Shown piece by piece: positions 58,777 through 64,000 of a stretch of DNA of 64,000 bases. The stretch's first letter is position 1, and the number at the start of each line of letters is the position of its first letter. Both the position numbers and the translations under genes were made by a program. The stretch spans positions 262,053 to 326,052 of the forward strand of contig JAFTSA010000004.1 in NCBI GenBank assembly GCA_017461985.1, read 5' to 3'. Origin of the DNA: Clostridia bacterium. GTDB taxonomy: Bacteria; Bacillota; Clostridia; Christensenellales; CAG-917. The notes below the pieces were generated by a model, which worked only from the letters and a program-made list of their open reading frames with translations, did not search any database and was not told where the DNA came from.

Positions 58777-59510
58777 TGAAAATTCTTCTTACAAACGATG
58801 ACGGCATCGATGCAGAAGGTTTGCGTGTTGTTGCTGACTGGGCAAAAAACCTCGGTCACGTGACAGTTTGCGCCCCCAAAGTGCAACAAAGTGGTAAATC
58901 TCATGCAATAAACATCTATACACCTTTTGAAATCAAAAAGGTTGACTATGAAGGCGCAGATGAAGCATATGCAGTGGACTCCTCCCCTGCCGACTGTGTC
59001 CGTTTTGGTACAATTGGACTTGACCGCCACTATGACCTTGTTTTATCTGGCGTAAACAAAGGCCTCAATATGGGTGAAGACATCATGTATTCAGGCACTG
59101 CCGGCGCAATCTTTGAGGCTTGCACAAGAGGAATGAAAGGCATAGCCTTCTCCACCGGGGTTGCTCACTTTGACAGCGCAAGACAATGGATTGACAGAGT
59201 GTATCAATTTGTCGTTGAAAACAAAATATTCAACTGCTGTGACGTCCTCAACGTCAACATCCCTATCGGTGACGTAAAAGGCTTCCGCATCACAAAACAA
59301 GGCGGACCTTTCTACACAGACAGTTTTGCAGAGGTTGAAAAGAATATGTGGAAACAAACCGGCTACTGTGTCCATCAAAACCGCCATGACCTCTCCATTG
59401 ACAGCGATGCAACCACAGACGGCTACATAACAATCACTCCTCTCACCATCGAGCGCACCAATATGAAAGCCTACGAAACAATCTGCGACCGCATCGGTCA
59501 AGACAAATAA
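58773..59510 (+). CDS. surE: 5'/3'-nucleotidase SurE
   Basis: MMKILLTNDDGIDAEG N-terminus, SGVNKGLNMGEDIMYSGTAGA. The ATG at 58773 overlaps the upstream stop (ATGA). Confidence 0.92.
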   Translation: MMKILLTNDDGIDAEGLRVVADWAKNLGHVTVCAPKVQQSGKSHAINIYTPFEIKKVDYEGADEAYAVDSSPADCVRFGTIGLDRHYDLVLSGVNKGLNMGEDIMYSGTAGAIFEACTRGMKGIAFSTGVAHFDSARQWIDRVYQFVVENKIFNCCDVLNVNIPIGDVKGFRITKQGGPFYTDSFAEVEKNMWKQTGYCVHQNRHDLSIDSDATTDGYITITPLTIERTNMKAYETICDRIGQDK

Positions 59511-59545
59511 TAATCGTACGGCTCTGAAAACAAAATAGTAGAACA

Positions 59546-59605
59546 AAACCTCACGAAATCGTGAGGTTTTTTCAAAGTTAAAGGCACTCCGAAGAGTGCC
59601 TTTTG
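59546..59605. terminator. Two adjacent terminator hairpins between surE (plus) and the large lipoprotein gene (minus)
   Basis: AAACCTCAC GAAATC GTGAGGTTT followed by TTT; then AAGGCACTC CGAA GAGTGCCTT followed by TTG. Confidence 0.75.
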
Positions 59606-59640
59606 TTTTATCTTTTCAATGAAAGAGTTTTGTTTGTTGA

Positions 59641-62178
59641 TTATTCTGCATCTGCAAAGTAGACAACGATTTCAAAAATGAAGACTCTCTTTGAAATGTC
59701 GATTGTGACAACGTTGCTTGCTTCGCCAAGTTCAAATGTCAACACTGCGGGTGTACCATCTTCCGCATAAGGTGCAAGTTGTGTTGCTGAGCCATTGACT
59801 GCAACTGTGTTGCTGTTTGTGGGAAATTCTTCTGACTTCTTGTACCAGTCATGGCACTTGATTTCAACCTTGGTCACGTTTGAACCAAATGTGAGGACGA
59901 TTTGGCCTGCTACACTGCCTGTACCTGTCTTAATGAAGCCACCTTGACTGGGATATGCACCACCAGAACCATTACCATCGTAGATCTTTGTCACTGCAAC
60001 TGATGTAAGTCCGCTTTCTGCACTTTGGCTGCTTTTGAAAAGGGCAAGTGCGCTTTCAGCATTCAATTCAGTTCCTTTCTTTGTTGATGAAGTAGCAAAG
60101 CTGAATGTAACTGTGCTGCTTGCGGGTTTGACAACGGGAGTGTCTCCGCCTTCATCAGGAGTTTCACTGCCTGCGGGGGTTGAGAATGAGATGAGAACTG
60201 CGTTTTTGATTTCAAGTGTGCCGTTGTAGTTTTGGAGATAACCACGCAAGCAGATAAGATCGCCTTGCTTGAAGGGGATTTCTGCGATGTCACGGCTTGT
60301 ACCATATCTGTTTTCACCATCTACTGCATAGAGGCCATAGACAAGAATAGAGTTTGTGCCATCTGTAAGGTCAAAGTTGCAGTAGTCTGCTGTAGGTGCT
60401 GTGCCGACTGTGCCATAGAAGAAATATTCTTCTGTGCTTGTTTCTTTTGATGCACCATCAAGTTTGCCTGCTTCTTCAACTGCTTCTTTTGCTGTGTAAG
60501 GATTGCAGATTGCTGTGCCTTGTGCGGGTGTTTCTACGAGAACTGCATTCTTGATTTCAAGTGTGCCGTTGAAGTTTTGGAGATAACCACGCAAGCAGAT
60601 AAGATCGCCTTGCTTGAAGGGGATTTCTGCGATGTCACGGCTTGTACCATATCTGTTTTCACCATCTACTGCATAGAGGCCATAGACAAGGATTGAGTTT
60701 GTGCCATCTGTAAGGTCAAAGTTGCAGTAGTCTGCTGTAGGTGCTGTGCCGACTGTGCCATAGAAGAAATATTCTTCTTTGCTTGTTTCTTTTGATGCAC
60801 CATCAAGTTTGCCTGCTTCTTCAACTGCAAATGTTGCATCTTTCCAATCGATGATTGCTGACTTGACTGTGACGGTGAATTCTTTTGTTGCGGGAGTTGC
60901 ATCGCCCTTTGCAATTGTTGCTGTGAGGGTGATTGTGCTTTCATCTTCGGGAAGTTCTGCAACTGTGAGGACGTTGCCTTCAAGAGTTGCAACGGTTGTT
61001 GTTGAAAGTGCCCAAGTGATTGCTGCATCTGAGTAGATACCAGTGCCAGCGGTGGGAAGTTCAACTGTGCCTGCTTCTTTGATTGTGTCAACGATTGTGA
61101 GTGCTTCTTTTGCTCCGTCAACAACTTGTTGATCTGTGAGTTCAGGTGCTGCAATGTTGCTGATTGCGTTTGCTGAAACAGGAGTGAGATAGAATGCACC
61201 ACTGTAAATGGTGATGAGACCTGTGACGTCTGCTGTTGCACCATAGCTTGCAGTGAATGTATCTCTGAATGCGGTTTGTTCTGCAGTTGTCATGGGGCAT
61301 GATGAGCCAGAAATTCTGATATAGCTCTTCTTGCCTGCAAGTTCGAAGTAGTAGTAGCTGCCATCATCACCACCAACTGTGCCGATTGTGACGCCCTTGA
61401 TTGTGACGAGGAGTGCTTGCTTTTCAACAAGTGCTTCGTCCTTGAGGTCTTCTGCGTTGGTGTAGATTTCTGTGTAGTCAACGGGAGTGACTGTGGTTAC
61501 GTTTGCATCAAGGACTTCGTAGGTTGAGTTCTTGAGTTCGTGTGTGCCGTTGTAGACGTCCTTTGTGCCCTTAACTCTGATGGTTTGACCAACTGTGAGT
61601 TCTGCACCGCTGGTTTGATAGACGTAAACGCCACCGCCATCGAGGGTGTTCATATAGAAACCATCGTTGGTTGCGCCATTGCCCTTGGGAAGGATACCGG
61701 TGACAATACCATCAATGACGATTGATTCACCTGCTTCTGCTGCAACGTATTCTGCAAATGTGTTGACTGCAAACTTAGGAATCATGTGATTGTAAGTCAA
61801 TGTTGTGGAGTTGCCATTTGCATCGGTGATGGTTGCAGTAAGTGTGTAAAGTGTGTCTTCTGTGACTGTTTCATCAACTTCTTCGATGTCGATTGTGACA
61901 GTGCCATCTTCGTTGTCAACAATGGTGATGGTTTGAGGACCAGAAGTTACACTTGCTGTCCATTCAACGGTGAATGTTGCTGTGCCAACTTTCAATGTTG
62001 CAAGACGTTCAAAATCGCCGAGAGTATTTGTTGCTGCCTCGCGATATTGGTTTTGCAAGTAAGCTTTTGCGCTGTTGAGGCCTGAGAGGTCGGGTGTTGT
62101 GTCATCCGTGGGATTACATGCAACGAATGCTGTAATGCACATCACAAGCACGAGAACGCAGACAAGAATTTTTTTCAT
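59641..62178 (-). CDS. Large surface lipoprotein with Ig-like modules and several OB-fold-like modules (two nearly identical)
   Basis: Lipobox ITAFVAC. Segments of the type ...VIDGIVTGILP...GFYMNTLDGGGVYVYQ...GQTIRVKGTKDVYNGTHELKN resemble the OB folds fused to secreted nucleases. A 115-aa unit (AVEEAGKLDGASKETS...GTLEIKNAVL) occurs twice. The domain call is by eye only. Confidence 0.65.
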   Translation of the reverse strand: MKKILVCVLVLVMCITAFVACNPTDDTTPDLSGLNSAKAYLQNQYREAATNTLGDFERLATLKVGTATFTVEWTASVTSGPQTITIVDNEDGTVTIDIEEVDETVTEDTLYTLTATITDANGNSTTLTYNHMIPKFAVNTFAEYVAAEAGESIVIDGIVTGILPKGNGATNDGFYMNTLDGGGVYVYQTSGAELTVGQTIRVKGTKDVYNGTHELKNSTYEVLDANVTTVTPVDYTEIYTNAEDLKDEALVEKQALLVTIKGVTIGTVGGDDGSYYYFELAGKKSYIRISGSSCPMTTAEQTAFRDTFTASYGATADVTGLITIYSGAFYLTPVSANAISNIAAPELTDQQVVDGAKEALTIVDTIKEAGTVELPTAGTGIYSDAAITWALSTTTVATLEGNVLTVAELPEDESTITLTATIAKGDATPATKEFTVTVKSAIIDWKDATFAVEEAGKLDGASKETSKEEYFFYGTVGTAPTADYCNFDLTDGTNSILVYGLYAVDGENRYGTSRDIAEIPFKQGDLICLRGYLQNFNGTLEIKNAVLVETPAQGTAICNPYTAKEAVEEAGKLDGASKETSTEEYFFYGTVGTAPTADYCNFDLTDGTNSILVYGLYAVDGENRYGTSRDIAEIPFKQGDLICLRGYLQNYNGTLEIKNAVLISFSTPAGSETPDEGGDTPVVKPASSTVTFSFATSSTKKGTELNAESALALFKSSQSAESGLTSVAVTKIYDGNGSGGAYPSQGGFIKTGTGSVAGQIVLTFGSNVTKVEIKCHDWYKKSEEFPTNSNTVAVNGSATQLAPYAEDGTPAVLTFELGEASNVVTIDISKRVFIFEIVVYFADAE
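60193..60828 (-). repeat. Tandem direct duplication with a 345-bp period inside the lipoprotein gene
   Basis: 60193..60483 and 60538..60828 are nearly identical, with only a handful of mismatches by eye. The offset is exactly 345 bp (115 codons). Confidence 0.9.
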
Positions 62179-62236
62179 TGTTTTTCTCCTTGTTTTATGT
62201 TTGTTTTTTTTTGTTGTTTTTTGTTGCTACTTATCC

Positions 62237-63604
62237 TTAGACAAATGAAATGTCGCGGGTTCTATAAACTTTAATTTGGTAGTCACCACTGAAATAATCA
62301 ACAATACCTTTGACAGAAATTTTCTTGCCCATAAAGTATTCTTCGGTGAGCACGTTGCCCTCTTCGTCTTTCAAAACAACTGTTCTGATTGTGACGATAG
62401 TGCCGTCTTCTGCTTTACAAGTCAAGGTCATTGCTCCCTTTTGTGAGCTTTCTTCATTGGTTGTTGTATAAACTTCAGTGACGGTGAGGTTTTCCATTGA
62501 GATTGATGAACTCATAGCAAGAGCCTTAAAATCAAATGTCTTTGTTGTGATTTGATCTTCTTCATCGTACTCAATTGTCACTTTTCCATTGACAAAGTCG
62601 TTTGCTGAAACAAGAGTATATGCACCCTCTTTGTCTTCACTGATAAGTTGGAGGTTGTCAGGATCATCAGGATTGAAGGGATCATAAGGCTTGAGGCCTG
62701 AGATTTGATATGTGCCACCAGTTTCATAGTATTGAACTGTGCCAACAATTCTCACTTCATTTCCCATGCTGAGGACCACTGAATCACGACCTGAAAGACC
62801 GAAACCATAGTAAACGGAAATGCCATAGTACATATCAGTTTCTTCATCGTATGCTTCAACGTAAACAGTGTTGGAAAAGTTTTGGACAACAATGCCTTCA
62901 ACTGCAACTTTGACACCAGTGTATTCTTCGATATTGACACGGAGTTCTCTCATTGACACGGGGACTGCTTCTCCCTTATAGACTTCGGGGTCAGCAACAC
63001 CTGAGTGAACGTTGAGTTTCTCTGCCTTTGCTTGGTTGAGAGCATTCATTGCTATTGTGCCATATCTGTTTCCGCCAGTATTCTTTGCAATTGCAAGACC
63101 GTTTTGCAAAAGTTCAAGGTTGAGGTTGCGATATTCACCATTTGCGCTTGTCTTATACCAAACCCAAACGAGGTATCTTTCACCGGTTGAGTCAGCATTC
63201 CATTTGTTGTTGTCTGATTCAATGATGATTGATACTGCGCTTCTCAACTTTTCTTTTGTGAAACGTGATGCTTTGTGACCATAGTCTTCAATTTGTCCAG
63301 TTGATTCAGGAGTGTCAACTGCAAGATATCTTGCCTTCAAAACACCTGTGTCAACCACGTCATTGTCGACGTAAAAATGTGTTGTGTCGCCATCAACAAA
63401 GTTCTTGACAGTCACTTCTTCTTTCAAAGAATCGGTTGACATATCAAGTTTCAGTTGTGATGCGTAATCAATGTGTTCAACGGCAGGAGGCGTATTGTTG
63501 CCTCCTCCACCGTTGTTGTCGTCGACGTCGCCACATGCCACGAAGAGAACTCCGAGCATGCAGACGATCATCAACAAACTAATAATTTTGAATTGCTTAT
63601 TCAT
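62237..63604 (-). CDS. Staphylococcal-nuclease (SNase/thermonuclease) family lipoprotein with C-terminal OB-fold-like domains
   Basis: Lipobox VLFVAC. VDGDTTHFYV, ARYLAVDTPES, GERYLVWVWY and NLELLQNGLA align with the S. aureus nuclease blocks IDGDTVKL, RLLLVDTPE, GRGLAYIY and NEALVRQGLA. First ATG at 63604. Confidence 0.88.
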   Translation of the reverse strand: MNKQFKIISLLMIVCMLGVLFVACGDVDDNNGGGGNNTPPAVEHIDYASQLKLDMSTDSLKEEVTVKNFVDGDTTHFYVDNDVVDTGVLKARYLAVDTPESTGQIEDYGHKASRFTKEKLRSAVSIIIESDNNKWNADSTGERYLVWVWYKTSANGEYRNLNLELLQNGLAIAKNTGGNRYGTIAMNALNQAKAEKLNVHSGVADPEVYKGEAVPVSMRELRVNIEEYTGVKVAVEGIVVQNFSNTVYVEAYDEETDMYYGISVYYGFGLSGRDSVVLSMGNEVRIVGTVQYYETGGTYQISGLKPYDPFNPDDPDNLQLISEDKEGAYTLVSANDFVNGKVTIEYDEEDQITTKTFDFKALAMSSSISMENLTVTEVYTTTNEESSQKGAMTLTCKAEDGTIVTIRTVVLKDEEGNVLTEEYFMGKKISVKGIVDYFSGDYQIKVYRTRDISFV

Positions 63605-63638
63605 ATACAAAATATATTACTTAAGTTAAGAAATCAAA

Positions 63639-64000
63639 TTATGCACCGTAGTGGTAGACGCATTCATTGATTGCTGCTTGGAAGAGTGCATCGATATCTG
63701 ATTCATTTGCGCAAAGGAGTGCTGCTGAGAGCAATTGACCAACTTGGTCACGTGCTTTTGATGAACCGTTGAATGCGGGTGAGGTGTAGTATGCTCTTTC
63801 TTGTTCAAGGCAGACCTTTGCTGAAAGTGCTGCGATGAAGTCACCACCGTCTGCTCCGGCAAGCCATTCTGCATAAACGGGGTTTGATGCAACTGACTTC
63901 AAAACGGGAACATAACCTGATGCCATTGAGAATGCTGCTTGGAATTCAATGTCTGTTGTCATGAACTTGACAAAGAGCCATGATGCGATAACTTCTTGAG
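63639..64000 (-). CDS. ABC transporter extracellular solute-binding protein, C-terminal fragment (5' end lies outside the window)
   Basis: The frame is open to the window edge. The C-terminal text SGYVPVLKSV...YYTSPAFNGSSKARDQVGQLL resembles family-1 solute-binding proteins. The substrate is not inferable. Confidence 0.6.
   Translation of the reverse strand, partial: QEVIASWLFVKFMTTDIEFQAAFSMASGYVPVLKSVASNPVYAEWLAGADGGDFIAALSAKVCLEQERAYYTSPAFNGSSKARDQVGQLLSAALLCANESDIDALFQAAINECVYHYGA

Noticed and set aside
60193-60828. The 345-bp repeats as a CRISPR array, a mobile element, or a diversity-generating retroelement template/variable repeat pair
   Set aside because: There are only two copies, in frame inside one CDS, with no spacers and no nearby reverse transcriptase, cas or transposase genes. 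The mismatches are not adenine-specific.
1-64000. Defence islands, prophage, integrative elements, toxin-antitoxin pairs with recognisable protein families
   Set aside because: No integrase, recombinase, transposase, phage structural, restriction-modification, cas or classical TA protein signatures were seen in any listed ORF. tRNA genes, the usual integration targets, are also absent from the window.

Overview
The window reads as chromosomal DNA from a low-GC Firmicute with Clostridia-like gene order. About 60 genes are packed tightly, and almost all are on the minus strand. Most of it is conserved housekeeping synteny. From left to right: mutL-miaA, then ribF-truB-nrnA-rbfA-infB-ylxQ-ylxR-nusA-rimP, then ispG-rseP-dxr-cdsA-uppS-frr-pyrH-tsf-rpsB. 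Next come DUF1292-ruvX-rarA, recN-argR-nadK-tlyA, and recG-yloV-asp23 with rpmB. The last block is rpe-rsgA-rlmN-rsmB-fmt-def-priA-coaBC-rpoZ-gmk-yicC-ligA-pcrA. I see no CRISPR array, transposase, integrase or prophage signature. Two RNA genes are visible from sequence alone. One is an RNase P RNA at about 26671..27003 (minus). The other is an ORF-free, G+C-enriched, hairpin-dense element of about 590 nt at about 32403..32992 (minus). It has its own consensus promoter and sits directly upstream of a 4-TM protein, in the recG / tlyA / nadK / argR / recN neighbourhood. This is the published context of OLE RNA and OapA, and it is the most interesting feature here. Other points worth a second look:
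- A 527-aa protein in the syntenic polC slot has the PolC N-terminal, OB-fold and DEDDh exonuclease parts but no polymerase.
- A cluster of lipoprotein genes (54.5-64 kb) includes a staphylococcal-nuclease homologue and a multi-OB-fold protein with a near-identical 345-bp internal duplication. It surrounds a tandem DHH-DHH-surE operon.
- A 39-aa hydrophobic peptide ORF sits behind a perfect sigma-70 promoter and looks leaderless.
- A ~900-bp non-coding region contains an array of T/A tracts phased at about 11 bp.
- One protein joins a histone-H1-like low-complexity region to two YegP (DUF1508) domains.
All calls rest on reading the translated ORFs and the DNA by eye. No database search was run. 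The ends of RNA genes and several start codons are approximate. The ORF track also uses TTG/GTG starts, so I checked the start codons against the DNA.
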